In this document: positions 29,803-41,296 of the stretch, piece by piece
How positions within the stretch are numbered: the first letter of the stretch is position 1
How the letters are laid out: each line of letters starts with the position of its first letter
NCBI GenBank assembly: GCA_965261595.1
Contig: CBDHDG010000002.1
Span: 224,001-288,000 of the forward strand
Direction of reading: 5' to 3'
DNA length: 64,000 nucleotides
DNA from: a bacterium
GTDB taxonomy: Bacteria > UBA8248 > JACPRG01 > G963555815
Notes under the pieces: model-generated
What the model saw: the letters and a program-made list of their open reading frames with translations, nothing else
What the model was told of the DNA's origin: nothing
Databases searched by the model: none
Translations under genes and position numbers: made by a program

Positions 29803-30780
29803 TCAGTGGGCTTCGACGCCCGGATAATACAGATCCGGCTTCGCCGCGTGGGCCGCGCCGATGATGTCCTCCACCGAGGAGAGGCCCCGCCCGGCCAGGT
29901 AGTCCCGGATGCCCTCGATGATCTTCGGCATGACCATCGGGTCGTAGAAGTTGGCCGTGCCGACCTGGACGGCGCGCGCGCCCGCCAGGAGATACTCGAT
30001 GGCGTCCCGGGCGTTCTCGATTCCTCCGCAGCCGATGACCGGCGCGCCCAGTTTCTCGACCACCAGCCAGATGTGGCGGACGACCAGGGGCCGGATGGCG
30101 GGTCCCGAAAGCCCCCCGCTCGTGAAGCCCAGGACCGGGCGCTGGGTGTCGATGTCGATGGACATGGCCGGGTAGGTGTTGGCGATGCACAGGGCGTCCG
30201 CGCCGCCTTCCATCGCCGCCGCGGCCATCTCCACGATATCCGTGACGGCCGGTCCGAGCTTGGAGATGATCGGGATCCGGGTGGCCGCCTTGCACATCTT
30301 CGTGACCAGATGCATGGACTCGGCGCTGTTGGCGAAGGGGGCGGCCTCGGCGTGGTTGGGGCAGGAGAGGTCGAGCTCGATGGCGGCGATCCCCTCCTGG
30401 GCGTCGAGCTTCCGGGCGGCCCGCTGAAAGTCGTCCTCCGACAGCCCGCCGATGCTGGCGATGACCGCCGCGCCGGTTTCCCGCATGAAGGGGAGCTGCT
30501 CGTCGATGAACTGCTCCGCGCCCTTGGAGGGGGTCCCGATGGCGTTGAGCATCCCCGCGGGCGTCTCCTGGACCCGGTCGGGGGAGTTGCCCGGCCGGAC
30601 CCGGTCCATGAACGTCTTGTTGACGATTCCCCCGAGGACGGAGAGGTCATAGGCGTGGGCGAACTCGCGGCCGTAATTGAAGCAGCCCGAGGCCGGCATG
30701 ACCGGATTTTTGAGCCGGATGGGTCCGAGGGTGGTCGCCAGGCCGGGGACCGCGGCGTCGGGATTTCGCGCGTCGCTCAT
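29803..30780 (-). CDS. pyrD: Class 1B dihydroorotate dehydrogenase-like catalytic subunit (divergent)
   Basis: LKNPVMPASG, MLNAIG, LSCPN, ANT, GGLSGPAIRP, GCGGI, VQVGTA; ATGA overlap with upstream gene. Confidence 0.75.
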   Translation of the reverse strand: MSDARNPDAAVPGLATTLGPIRLKNPVMPASGCFNYGREFAHAYDLSVLGGIVNKTFMDRVRPGNSPDRVQETPAGMLNAIGTPSKGAEQFIDEQLPFMRETGAAVIASIGGLSEDDFQRAARKLDAQEGIAAIELDLSCPNHAEAAPFANSAESMHLVTKMCKAATRIPIISKLGPAVTDIVEMAAAAMEGGADALCIANTYPAMSIDIDTQRPVLGFTSGGLSGPAIRPLVVRHIWLVVEKLGAPVIGCGGIENARDAIEYLLAGARAVQVGTANFYDPMVMPKIIEGIRDYLAGRGLSSVEDIIGAAHAAKPDLYYPGVEAH

Positions 30781-31646
30781 GGGTGATTGCCCCAATCCAG
30801 AATGACGGACTCCGCCGGGAAGGCCGGGCCCTCCATGCAAACGAGGCCGTAGCGGAAACCCCCGCCGGGGGTGAGGAGCGGGGCCGCGCAGCCGACGCAG
30901 ACGCCCGTGCCGCAGGCCATCCGGTATTCCAGAAAGACGAACCCGCGGACTTTGCCGTTCGCCGTGGCGTCCCGCACCGAGCGCGCCATCCGACGGGAGC
31001 CGCACGTGAAGAGAGCCCCGAGGCGGCCCGCCTGGAGCCAGGCGTCCATGACTTCCCCCGGTTTTCCGGCTGAATCCCCCCCCCCCGCCTCGTCGGTCAC
31101 GGTGACGATTTCCGCCCCCAGGCCGCGCAATTCGGCTACGCCCAGGAGGAGCCGCTTCTCCCGGGCCGAGACCAGCCCATGGCAGGGCAGGCCGAGCGCC
31201 GCACATTCCTGGGCAATGCGGACCATGGGGGTGACGCCCGCCCCCCGGGCGATGAACCCGACGCCCGGCGCGCATTTCGCGAGATCCAGCCGGGCGCCGG
31301 ACGGGCCGAGCACATCGATCGGGGCGTCCGGCCTCAGGCCCGCGAGGGCTTCGGTCCCGGGTCCCTTGGTCTTGATGAGGACCTCGAAAGTCCCCCGGTC
31401 CGGGTGCGTCCGGTACACGTCGAAAGGGCGGGGCAGGAGCGTGCCGTCCCCCCTCTTCGGCCGGAGCATGACGAACTGCCCCGCGCCCGTCCACCGGGCC
31501 GAATGCGGGGCCTCGATTTCCAGCAGCCAATATTTTTCCACGATGTGATCGCACCGGACCATCCGCCCTTCCTCCGCCCGCCACCGGGCTTCCGGCGGGA
31601 GGTTGTAGGGGGGGGTGGAGATCGAGTGATTCGGATTTTCGGCCAT
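30777..31646 (-). CDS. pyrK: Dihydroorotate dehydrogenase electron-transfer subunit
   Basis: GQFVML, LPRPF, GPSG, GAGVTP, MACGTGVCVGC...VCMEGPAF 2Fe-2S motif. Confidence 0.8.
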   Translation of the reverse strand: MAENPNHSISTPPYNLPPEARWRAEEGRMVRCDHIVEKYWLLEIEAPHSARWTGAGQFVMLRPKRGDGTLLPRPFDVYRTHPDRGTFEVLIKTKGPGTEALAGLRPDAPIDVLGPSGARLDLAKCAPGVGFIARGAGVTPMVRIAQECAALGLPCHGLVSAREKRLLLGVAELRGLGAEIVTVTDEAGGGDSAGKPGEVMDAWLQAGRLGALFTCGSRRMARSVRDATANGKVRGFVFLEYRMACGTGVCVGCAAPLLTPGGGFRYGLVCMEGPAFPAESVILDWGNHP

Positions 31647-31831
31647 ACGGTCCCTCTACTTGGGGGAAGGGGAGACCTCGCCCGGACAATTCCGGACAGA
31701 ATCTCCCATCTTTCCGTACTTTATCAGGAAAGGGTTATTTTTAGACCAATTGCGACTTTGCGTCAAGGAGGGCGGCTCATTGGCCGGGATGGATCGCGTC
31801 CTGACGGAGCGCGGGCGGGCAAGGGCTTGGG

Positions 31832-32155
31832 TCAGGACCGCCGGGCTTCGGCGTGGGCCTTTTCCAGGCCCTGGATGAAATCGGCGATGCGTGAGGCGGC
31901 GTCGGGGGTCGGGGCGTCGGCGGATTCCAGGAGCGCATCGAGGTACGTCTCGGCGGCCCGTCCGGTATCCGTGATCACGGGATAGCCATACGTCGCGCCG
32001 CTTCCGGCCAATCGGTGGAACGCCTGACGGAGGTCCTGGAAGGGGGCCGCTTCGGAGCCCCGCGCGGCGGATTGTTGGAGGGTCTTGAGCTCCTCGATGG
32101 TTCCCGTCATCCGTTCGAGGTATTCCTTCCGGAGGGCCTCGAGACTTTCGTTCAT
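31832..32155 (-). CDS. Hpt phosphotransfer protein
   Basis: FHRLAGSGATYG; alternative TTG start at 32203. Confidence 0.85.
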   Translation of the reverse strand: MNESLEALRKEYLERMTGTIEELKTLQQSAARGSEAAPFQDLRQAFHRLAGSGATYGYPVITDTGRAAETYLDALLESADAPTPDAASRIADFIQGLEKAHAEARRS

Positions 32156-32199
32156 TGAGTCCGGCGGAGACGGCGGCCTTTCTTGAATGGGGCGAAGGC

Positions 32200-32601
32200 T
32201 CAAGCGTCCCAGGTTTCCCGGAGGATTTCATTGACCTGATCGGGCAAGGTCATCGGGTCGAAAGGTTTCGTCAAAACGCCCGCCGGCCCCAGGTCTCTCA
32301 GGCGGCGCACTTCCGCCTGCTGGGCCTTGGCGGTCAGGAAGATGACCGGAATGGCGGCGCACCCGTCGAGTGTTTTCAGACGCTCCAGGGTCGAGGGGCC
32401 GTCCAACCCGGGCATCATGACATCCAGCAGGATGGCGTCGGGCATTTCGCGCGCGGCCATGTCCAAGCCCGCCTCGCCGCTCTCGGCCACAAGGACGTCA
32501 AACCCCCCGACCGTCTCGAGACTCAACTGGACCACCATCCGGATGTCTTGCTCGTCGTCGATGAGAAGAATCTTCTTGTTGGCCAAAGGATTAACCTCCA
32601 T
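32200..32601 (-). CDS. Single-domain response regulator
   Basis: LIDDE, LLDVMMP, FLTA, TKPFDP. Confidence 0.92.
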   Translation of the reverse strand: MEVNPLANKKILLIDDEQDIRMVVQLSLETVGGFDVLVAESGEAGLDMAAREMPDAILLDVMMPGLDGPSTLERLKTLDGCAAIPVIFLTAKAQQAEVRRLRDLGPAGVLTKPFDPMTLPDQVNEILRETWDA

Positions 32602-35600
32602 TCAAATCCATGTCGCGCGTCGGCAGAATCCCGTTGAGCAGTTCGACGACCTGCGCAACGAAATCATCTTCCTTCGCCTTCGATTTGGTCAAAAACCGGG
32701 TCGTTCCCAGTGTGAGGCGGCGCCTTTGTTCGGGGGAGGGCTCCATCCCCGAATACACGACGACGGGCATTTTCCGCAGGGCCGGGTCCTCCCGCATGGC
32801 GTCGATGACCGAGAAACCGTCGCCGTCCTGCATCGCGATGTCCAGGACCATGATGCTGGGCGTCTCCCGGCGGCAGAGCGCGATCGCCTCCTTTCCAGTG
32901 GTCGCCGTCAGGACGCGTATTCCAGCATGTTCCCGGGTCAAGAGCCCGGAGAGCAGCGTCAGGATCTCTTCGTCGTCGTCCACCAGGAGCACCGTCGGAG
33001 ACGAGCCGGCGCGGAGGGTCTCGCGAAGCCGCGCGAGAAGCCGGAGCTCATTGATGGGCTTGGTGAGCCAGTCGAGGACGAGCGGCGTGGGCGCTTCCCC
33101 CAGCTCCGACGGCGACCTGCCGCTGATGATGATGACGGGCAGGGAGGCCGTCTCCGGACGCCCCTTGATCTCCCGCAAGACATCGAGTCCGGACATCCGG
33201 GGGAGCCCAACGTCCAGCAGGACGGCGAGCACCTCGGTTGAGGCCAGGGTCTCCAGCGCCTCTTCCCCCGAATACGTCGGGATCACCCCGAAACCGGCTC
33301 GCTCGAGGAAAAGCTCCATCATCCGTACAAAATCCCTGTCATCGTCGCATACCAGGACGCGGGGACCGCTTGTCGGGCGAGGCTCCGGGGCTGTGCGGGC
33401 CGCGGGCGATTCCGTGGCGGGCGCCGTCCGGGGCAGGGTGAAGAAAAACGCGCTCCCGACGCCCTCCTCGCTCTCGACCCACAAGCGGCCCTCGTGCTGC
33501 TGGATGATGGCTTGGCAGATGGCCAGCCCCAGGCCCGTTCCGCCTTTCTCGCGTGAATCGGAAGCATCCACTTGCTGGAATTTTCCGAAGACGTTTTCCA
33601 ACGCCGCCTCGGGGATTCCCCGGCCCTGGTCTTCCACGCGGATCTCCGCTTCGGCCCCTCGAACCCGGATGCCGACGAGCACCCGCCCCTCGGCGTCGGA
33701 GAATTTGATGGCGTTGGATAACAGGTTGACCAGGACCTGGACGACGCGGTCCTCGTCCGCCTCGACCTCGCAGGGCTCCAGCGCGGTTTCAATCCTTACG
33801 TGATGCTCGCCGGCCAACCCCCGCATTTCCTCGATGGCGCGGTGGATGAGCTCCTCCGCCGAGCACCGCTCGACGCGAAGCTCCATTTTGCCAGCCTCGA
33901 TTTTTTCCAGGTCCAGGATGTCGTTGATGAGCCGAACGAGTCGATCGGTGTTGTTGACGGCGATCCGGAGCAGTTGTTCGCCTTTGGGGGGAAGATCGCC
34001 CGCCACCCCGCCCGCCAGAAGGCCGAGCGAACCCCGAAGAGAAGTCAGCGGCGTGCGGATCTCGTGGGAAACCACCGAGACGAACTCGTTTTTCATCCGC
34101 TCGACTTTTCGGCGTTCGGTGATGTCGCGGACGAATGAGACACAGTATTCCCGACCGCCGAACTCGAGGTGGTTGACGGTGACTTCTACGGGGATGGTCC
34201 GGCCGTCCTTGGCGGTGTGTTGGGATTCTATGGTGTACGAGTTCCTTCGCTTCAGATCCGCCCAGTGCTCCGGCCATCGCTCGGATGGAAATTCCGGGTT
34301 GAAATTGTAAACTTTCATGGAGAGCATCTCGTCCCCGGTGTATCCCAACAGCCGGGAAGCGGCCTCGTTGGCGTAAGCAATCCCGGCGTCCGTAGGTGAC
34401 CCAGAAAACAGCGTCTCCGGCGTGATCCAGACAGAACCGGGTGAACCGCAACGCTTCCTCCGCCCGCTTGCGCTCGGTGATGTCGCGCAGGAAGAACAGG
34501 GCGTGTTTGCGCCCGTTCAACCTGATGACGCCGGCGGAGATTTCAAAGTCCACGGGGACGCCGTCTTTTCTGATATTGACGGACTCATAAATTTCCAGGC
34601 CGTCCGCTTGCAGGATTTGGTCGATTCGTTGAGAAAACGAGTCCCGGTCCTTGGGATCCAGGAAATCAGCCACCGGCTTGCCGACCATCTCCTCGCGGGT
34701 GAACCCCGCCATCTCGCAAGCCTTCTGATTGCAATCGACGTAGCGCCCCTCTTCGTCCACGATCTCGATCCCGTCCCGGGCCTGCTCGAACAGGGTGCGG
34801 TATGTCTCCTCGGACTTGCGCAGCGCCTCTTCGGCCCGCTTTTGGACTCCGATGTCGCGATTGATTCCGCTGGACCCGATGACCCGGCCCCCGCTGTCTT
34901 TGATGGCGGAGTAGGCAATGGACACCTCGACCGGGGTTCCGTCCTTTCGCCGGCGAACCTTCTCGATGAGCGGAACGCTTTCACCCGAGCGGATCTTGTT
35001 TACGATTTCATCTCTTTGTTCTTGGTCCCGCACGGGATCGGAATGGAGACGGGAGATGTCCCCGCCCAGCATCTCCTCTTGGGTGTAGCCGTAGATCGCT
35101 TCCGCCCCGGGGTTCCAGGAGGTGACCCTCCCTTCCGGGTCCAGGGTGATGATTCCGTCCGATGCGCTGCGGACGATGCTGTCGAGCCGCTCGCCTGTAT
35201 CCCGCACCTGTGAATAAAGCTTCGCGTTTTGGATGGCGGCGCCCAGGTGATCGGCCACCCAACGCAAAAGCTGGACGTGTTCGTCCCCGAAGGCGTCCAC
35301 CGCTTCGGCCGCGACGTTCAAAAACCCGACGCACTCTTCCCGGATGACGATCGGCACGTTGATGACGGACCGCAGGCCCTCCGCCTCCAGGACCCGACTT
35401 CTGGGATGGGGGTCCTCCCGGGTGTTGGGAATGTAGACGGGTTCCAGGGTTCTCAGGATCTTTTCGAACCGCGTCCCTTTCAGGTTCGTGGGCGGCAAGT
35501 TGGGTTGCCGCTCCTCGACATCGTCAACGGCTGAAAACCTCGCGATTTCCTGTTTCTTCGCGTCCAGGATGAACAGACTGGCCCGGTTGCAGGGAACCAC

Positions 35601-37556
35601 CTTCTTGACTTGTTGGGCGGTGATCCGGAACAGCTCGTCCAGGTCCAGTGTGGCGTTGATGGCGCTGGAAATCTCGTTCAGGATTGCGAGGGTCGTCGCT
35701 CGCTGCTGGGCCTGCGAGAAGAGCCGGGAGTTCTCGATGGCGATGGCCGCCTGATCGCCGAAGTCCTGGGCCAGTTGGATTTCATCGGGCAGGAAGTCCC
35801 TGCGCCGCGTTGTATAACAATTCAGCGCTCCGACGGCCCGGTCCTTCAGGATCAAGGGAATGCCCAGGAAACTCTTGATCCCGGCCTTCTCGGCCCACTC
35901 GCGGTTCATCCACTCGGGGTCTTCCAGGACTTCCGCGACAGCCACGGGCCGCAGGCTCGAAACCACCCGGTATAGGACTCCCTTGCCCCTCGGGAATTTC
36001 CGGATGGAATTTTCCTCGCCTTCCAGCTTGCCGTAGGATTCGGTTTTGACCAAGGCGCCGCTCTTTTCATCCAGGACGAACAGGCGGGTGGAATCGGCAT
36101 CCAACAACTCGCAGACCGCTTTGCAGATCCGGGAGAAGACCTCCGAGATGTCCAGGTTCTCCATCAGGTCCCGCGTGACCTCCCGCAGGGCCTCCTGGCG
36201 TTCCGACCGAACCCGAATCTCCGCGTAAGCCCGGGAATTTTCGATGGCCGTGGTCGTTTAGTTGGCGAATGCGCGGCACAGAGACAAGCGTTCTCCCTCG
36301 AAATCCTGGGTTTCGTCGAAGTAGAAACCCACGCCCCCGATGACGCTTCCCCGGCGCCGGAGCGGCACGATCAGCAGGGATTGGATCCCCTCCCGGATGA
36401 CGAGCTCCCGAATGGGCTGCTGTCGGGGGTCATTTACGGCGTCCATCCGGATGAGCATCTCCCCCCGCTCAAATTCCGGAGACCGGATATGCTTCTGCCA
36501 AAGGGAATGCGTTTCCTCCAGGTGTTCGGCGGAAAGCCCCCGGGTCATCACGGCTTGCGCGTTGGCCGTCTTGGGGTCCACCAGGTAAACCGCGCATCGG
36601 TCCGCCCCGACCACGTGGGTGCTTTGGTCGATGATTGTCCGGAGAACTCCTTGGAGCTCCAGGGCGGACGTCATCTACACCGAGGCTTCCGTGAGCGCCT
36701 CCAATCCTTCTTTGGACTTCCGGAGATCCCGGGCGGACCGGTCCAGGGAATCCACCGCTTCTCCCGCTTGCCGGAAGAGGTGATACATGCTGACCAGCAA
36801 GCCGGTGAGAACAAAGAGATAGCTGACCTTCTTCAGGGTATGGGCGGTATCGAACATCAGGTCGAACAACCGGCCGGAAAACGACATGAACACGGCCTGC
36901 CCCATGACCCCCACAATCAGGGAAAGCACCAACCAATGCTCGAACGTATCGTTTTTCCATCGGCCTTTGTGCAGATACCCGGCCAGGGCCCACAGAAAGA
37001 AGATGGCGGGGACGAATTCCTCGGGTCGATGGAAGAAGAGCTTCGGAAAATATGCCCGGGGCAGCGGCACGAAGATGAAGAACACGAGGCTTGCAAGGGC
37101 CAGTGAGCCGACCCCCCAATAGACGGCTTTTTCGCTGATCCTGCCCGCTTCCCCCAACCTGACTTCTCTCCTCCACGCCACCCAGCTGAAAAGCAGCAGC
37201 ACAGACAAAAAGAAGCGCGAAGCGATCCAGCTCCAGGGAATCAGGGAAGAGGGAACCGACGGAAAATACCCGGCGAAAAAAGAGGATGTGACGATGGCGT
37301 GATAGCCGTCCAACAATGCCGTGCCCAGAAAGCCCACGCCGATGAACAAGATTGTGTTGTTCGCTTTGCTATAGAAACGGACGAGGGCAAGGGCACCTAT
37401 GCCGAGGGCCAGGAGGGCGGCGATCACCTCCATCAGGGTGTGAAGCTGGGTGTTTCCCTGCCAGTGGACATCTCTCAGGAGGAAATAGCCCAGGAAAAGG
37501 GCGACAGTCAGCGCCAGGTAAGTCAGCGCCCTTTTTTGGGAACGGCTATCTTCCAT
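32591..37556 (-). pseudogene. Giant hybrid histidine kinase (MASE3-like membrane domain, 3 GAF, 3 PAS, HisKA, HATPase, 2 REC) with two in-frame stops and one frameshift
   Basis: Same frame runs through TAG 36675-36677 and TAA 36258-36260; +1 shift near 34395; SHEIRTPL, NLLSNAIKF, DQGRGI, GGTGLGL; repaired length 1655 codons. Confidence 0.85.
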
Positions 37557-37727
37557 CGTGGCTTTGCCCTTTTGTTCTCCTTAAATCGGAGCGATTCAGG
37601 GAGGGGGTGAGAAAAAGCTCGATAGGATGGGACGGGGCCCTCATGCGCTCCCCAGGTTTTTGGCCTCCGAAACCGAGCGAAAAGGATTCAGGCGGCGGAT
37701 GAATCCTCTCCCGGCGCGGACGCTTTA

Positions 37728-39119
37728 TCATCCCGGAATTCTGGATGTCCCCCACAGGAACAGGAGGGCGAACAAGAATCCGGCGAGAACGGTCAACACG
37801 ATCGCGGTCCTGATCCGGAATAATGAGCGTCGGCCCTTGGGGGAATCCCCCGATCGGGATGGGTCCGTATTAAGGAGTTTTACGTTCAAGCGATGCCTCC
37901 GAAGGAGGCTCGAAGCGGCCTTATGGGATTCGGTGTCCGTTACGATGAGCCGAAGCTCGATGCCCTTCACCTTCAGCAGCGCCTTCCAACGGCTGGGCGT
38001 CTTTTCGTCGCGTAGCGACTCGACGGTCTCGATCCAATATGCGATTCGTATTTTCCCGCGCACGATCAGGACGTCCGGAACGGGCCCCGTCCATTGGGGC
38101 GGATGATTCTTCAAACGGCTCACATGGGGAGAGTACACATCTCCTCCGCGGATCGCCGCCCGATCGACCAGTTGTTGAATCGGATCCTGTTTCGCCCGCT
38201 GCGTACGCCGGAGCAAGGCCCCGGCGCGGGCAACAAGCTCCCTTTGTTGGAACGGCTTGGTCATGTAATCGTCCGCATACCCGCTTAGGCCGATTTCTAT
38301 GTCATCCAGGCTGCTTTTCGCCGTGAGCATCAGGATCGGAATGTGCGCTGTATGCGGCTGGTCCGCGAGTCGCCGGCAAACCTCGTAGCCGTCCAGGCCT
38401 GGCATCAGGATATCGAGAATCATGAGATCGGGATCTTCCCGATCGGCAAGCGCAAGGCCTTCCTCCCCATCCGCCGCTTCGACGACCCGGTGCCCTTTCT
38501 CCGTCAGGATTGCGCTCACCAGGCGCCGCATGTCCGGGTCATCGTCGACGACCAGAATTTTGGCCCGCGGGGGGGCAGCTTTCGGGGCCCTCACGATCGT
38601 GTCCGTGAGGTCGGGATCCGGAATCTCGGGAGAAGGGAGGATGGGTTCCCGTTCCGGCGCGGCGGGGCGTTTTACACTTGGATCGGGCGCCTTGGAGCGG
38701 GTCGAAGCGCTTTCTTCTTTCAGGGATTGGAGTTCGCGAGAAATTCTGTAAAGAAGCTCCTCGTTGGAAAAAGGCTTGGCGATATAGTCGTTCGTCCCCG
38801 CTTGAAACGCCTTATCGATGTCTTCTTCATCGCGCAGAGCGGACACGGTGATGATCTTGATTTCCTGGCTCCGGCACGCGTCTCGGAGGCTTTCGATCAG
38901 GTCAAACCCTGAAATTTTGGGCGTATTGAGGTCGATCAGAATGATGTCCGGCTTGAAAGGGAGCTCCTTTTCCAATGCCGCGGCGGGATCGGTGGCGCTA
39001 TCGACCCCGTATCCCGCATCGCTCAGAATCGTCGTGATCAAAGAAACCATTTCGGGGTTGTCATCAATGACGAATATGTTGGCCGGCGGCCGTTTTTGGA
39101 CGGACGAAAGGGTGTTCAT
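37728..39119 (-). CDS. Tandem-receiver protein with unrecognised output domain and C-terminal membrane anchor
   Basis: Two REC domains (IDD..D..SA..KP; VDD..D..TA..KP), Pro-rich linker, ~100-aa alpha/beta domain, hydrophobic C-terminal helix. Confidence 0.85.
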   Translation of the reverse strand: MNTLSSVQKRPPANIFVIDDNPEMVSLITTILSDAGYGVDSATDPAAALEKELPFKPDIILIDLNTPKISGFDLIESLRDACRSQEIKIITVSALRDEEDIDKAFQAGTNDYIAKPFSNEELLYRISRELQSLKEESASTRSKAPDPSVKRPAAPEREPILPSPEIPDPDLTDTIVRAPKAAPPRAKILVVDDDPDMRRLVSAILTEKGHRVVEAADGEEGLALADREDPDLMILDILMPGLDGYEVCRRLADQPHTAHIPILMLTAKSSLDDIEIGLSGYADDYMTKPFQQRELVARAGALLRRTQRAKQDPIQQLVDRAAIRGGDVYSPHVSRLKNHPPQWTGPVPDVLIVRGKIRIAYWIETVESLRDEKTPSRWKALLKVKGIELRLIVTDTESHKAASSLLRRHRLNVKLLNTDPSRSGDSPKGRRSLFRIRTAIVLTVLAGFLFALLFLWGTSRIPG

Positions 39120-39282
39120 CACCAGGTCTCCCCGAATCAAAGGGCCCGACAAGGATTCTCCGGGACGCTTGGGTGAAAAAGGCCTTTCGATTGAAATCCG
39201 AGCACGCCGACTGCCTAAGGTTAATTACCTAAAGTTATACTCCATGTTATCGAAAGGCGACTGAAATTTAGCCAGCCAAGAA

Positions 39283-39378
39283 GGCGGGCAAGATGCCCGC
39301 CCTACCTGTGTTTTAAAACATCGGATTTCCACCGTTCGGTAGGCCGGGTGTTTGGGTCGATTGACCCCTTACCCGGCC
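39283..39378. repeat. GTAG-type REP pair
   Basis: GGCGGGCAAGATGCCCGCCCTACC and GGTAGGCCGGG...CCCGGCC; near-identical units at 62399-62476. Confidence 0.7.
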
Positions 39379-39519
39379 GGAATGGGACAATTTGGGTCAC
39401 AATTTGTAAACCAATTTACGAGACACTACACCAATGAAATTCTGGGCGCCCGTTGCGAATCCATCTCTCCCGCTCCCGGGACAAAATCGAGTCGAGGGCA
39501 ATGGGTGACAACCCCCGAT

Positions 39520-41211
39520 TCAATCCGGCAGCGGGGCGCGACCCAACAGGAGCGCGGGGCGGCGCTCGATCCGGACGAATTCCAACAGGCGCGTGAACGC
39601 CCCGCTCAGCGCGACGATGTCCGAGGTCCCGGCCTTTTCCCACCGGATGCCCGCCGACGCGATGGTTTCCTCTAAATCGAGAAAGGGGATCGCCTGCCCG
39701 CCTGTCATCCCCGACCCCCGGTTGTCGCAAACCACGTGAAGGATCGGTTTTCGGTGGTAGACGTTGTCCACAAGCCCCGGGTAGTCGGAATGAAAAAGGG
39801 AGCAATCGCCCGTTACGGCGACGATGATGGGGGATTCGCCGTGGACGCCTTCCTGCTCCGCCGCCGCCGCCTCGGCGAGACCCCCGGCGATGGGGAAGCT
39901 GCTCCCCAGATGAAACTTGAAGTCCACCCATCCCTCGGGGATCGCGTAGGACCCGAAGTTGCCCGTTCCGGTGACCACGATGAGGGGCGCCTCGCGGGGC
40001 CGCCAGGTATCGGGCGAGTCGTAGACGCGGTGCAGGGCCTGATAGACGGGGAAGAACTCCTCAACCGTCTTTCTCCCCCACGCCTTCTTCGCCGGTTCCT
40101 GAGGCTGGACGCCCCGTTCCGGGTCTTTCAGAAACTCCAGGGCGCGGATGACGGTTTCTTTCGTGAGGGCGCCGGCGCCCTCCAATGTAAGGCCCGCGTG
40201 CTTTCCCCAGACCGGCAGGCCGGGGTTGAAGGAGTTGGCCAGCATCCCGACCCGCTCCTCCAGGAAGGGCCGGCCCTCCTCCAGGACGAGGACCCCCGAG
40301 AGGTTCGGCAGGAACGCCCCGATTGGTTCGTGATAGGACGGCCACGCCGTCTGGAGGCGCAGGACGGGAAAATCCGTTCCGCATTCGGCCTGGGCCTCCT
40401 CGATCAGGGGGCCGAAGAATCCCGAGCAGACAATCGCCCGCTCTTCCTTCCCGGGAGACCGGCTTATCGAGACCCACTTGCCGGTTGTCTCGGCGGCGAG
40501 TCGCTTCAAGTCCGCGAGCCGTTTGGGAATGTCCTCGGAATATTGGTAGGAGATCGTCACGAAGTCCATCCGATCTCCGCGCACGAATGTCCGGACGGGC
40601 TCGGACGCGGGAGGGGAGAGAGGGAGGTCCCCCAGCCGGACCGGCCCCTCGGATTCGAGGACCAACGGGTTCATGTGCATAAAGAACGGGAACCTGTACC
40701 TTTCCGAGAGATCGAGGGCCTCCCGGGTCATTTGAAGGGCTTCCTGAGGGGACCCCGGCTCGAGCAGCGGGACGTGAAGCGAGGACAGAAGGTAGCGGTT
40801 GTCCTGGGCGGTCTGCGAGCGGTGGGGCTGCGGGTCGGCGGCCACCAGGAACAGCGTCCCGCTGTTGAACGTGGATTTGATCGACATGGTGGACAGGGCG
40901 TCCAGGGCGACGTTCAGGCCGATGTTTTTCATGAAGCCGAAGCCCCGGCTGTGAGTCAGCGTCGCGCGGCCCAGCACCTTCGCGGCCAGGACCGCCTCGT
41001 TCACGGACCACTCGAAGCGGAGTCCGCACGCCGGTCCGGCTGACTCCAGGACCGGAAGGAGCGCCTTGTCCACGGATGCGGGACCTCCCGGGTACCCGGT
41101 GGCGTATGTGACGCCGGATTCCAGGAGACCCCGGACGAGCGCCTCCATCCCGTTCAGCTCGACCTCCCGGCCCGCGGGGGCCAGAAGGGTTTTAATCCGG
41201 TTTGGGTTCAC
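39520..41211 (-). CDS. IorA-like ThDP-dependent protein lacking the Fe-S/ferredoxin module
   Basis: GYPG, EWSVNE, GLNVALD, SQ..QDNR, LEEGRPFLE, GDCSLFHS, DN...MTG. Confidence 0.75.
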   Translation of the reverse strand: MNPNRIKTLLAPAGREVELNGMEALVRGLLESGVTYATGYPGGPASVDKALLPVLESAGPACGLRFEWSVNEAVLAAKVLGRATLTHSRGFGFMKNIGLNVALDALSTMSIKSTFNSGTLFLVAADPQPHRSQTAQDNRYLLSSLHVPLLEPGSPQEALQMTREALDLSERYRFPFFMHMNPLVLESEGPVRLGDLPLSPPASEPVRTFVRGDRMDFVTISYQYSEDIPKRLADLKRLAAETTGKWVSISRSPGKEERAIVCSGFFGPLIEEAQAECGTDFPVLRLQTAWPSYHEPIGAFLPNLSGVLVLEEGRPFLEERVGMLANSFNPGLPVWGKHAGLTLEGAGALTKETVIRALEFLKDPERGVQPQEPAKKAWGRKTVEEFFPVYQALHRVYDSPDTWRPREAPLIVVTGTGNFGSYAIPEGWVDFKFHLGSSFPIAGGLAEAAAAEQEGVHGESPIIVAVTGDCSLFHSDYPGLVDNVYHRKPILHVVCDNRGSGMTGGQAIPFLDLEETIASAGIRWEKAGTSDIVALSGAFTRLLEFVRIERRPALLLGRAPLPD

Positions 41212-41296
41212 GTACGATTCCCTTTCTACGCCTCAATGCGGCTTTTGAATTATCAACGGGCTTCGGCCCGCCCCATCATCCGGAACAGGAGGCCCT

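Noticed and set aside
7551..36677. In-frame TAG codons (7551, 36675) as pyrrolysine or stop recoding
   Set aside because: No pyl genes seen, TAG ends many ordinary genes here, and the kinase also has an in-frame TAA and a frameshift
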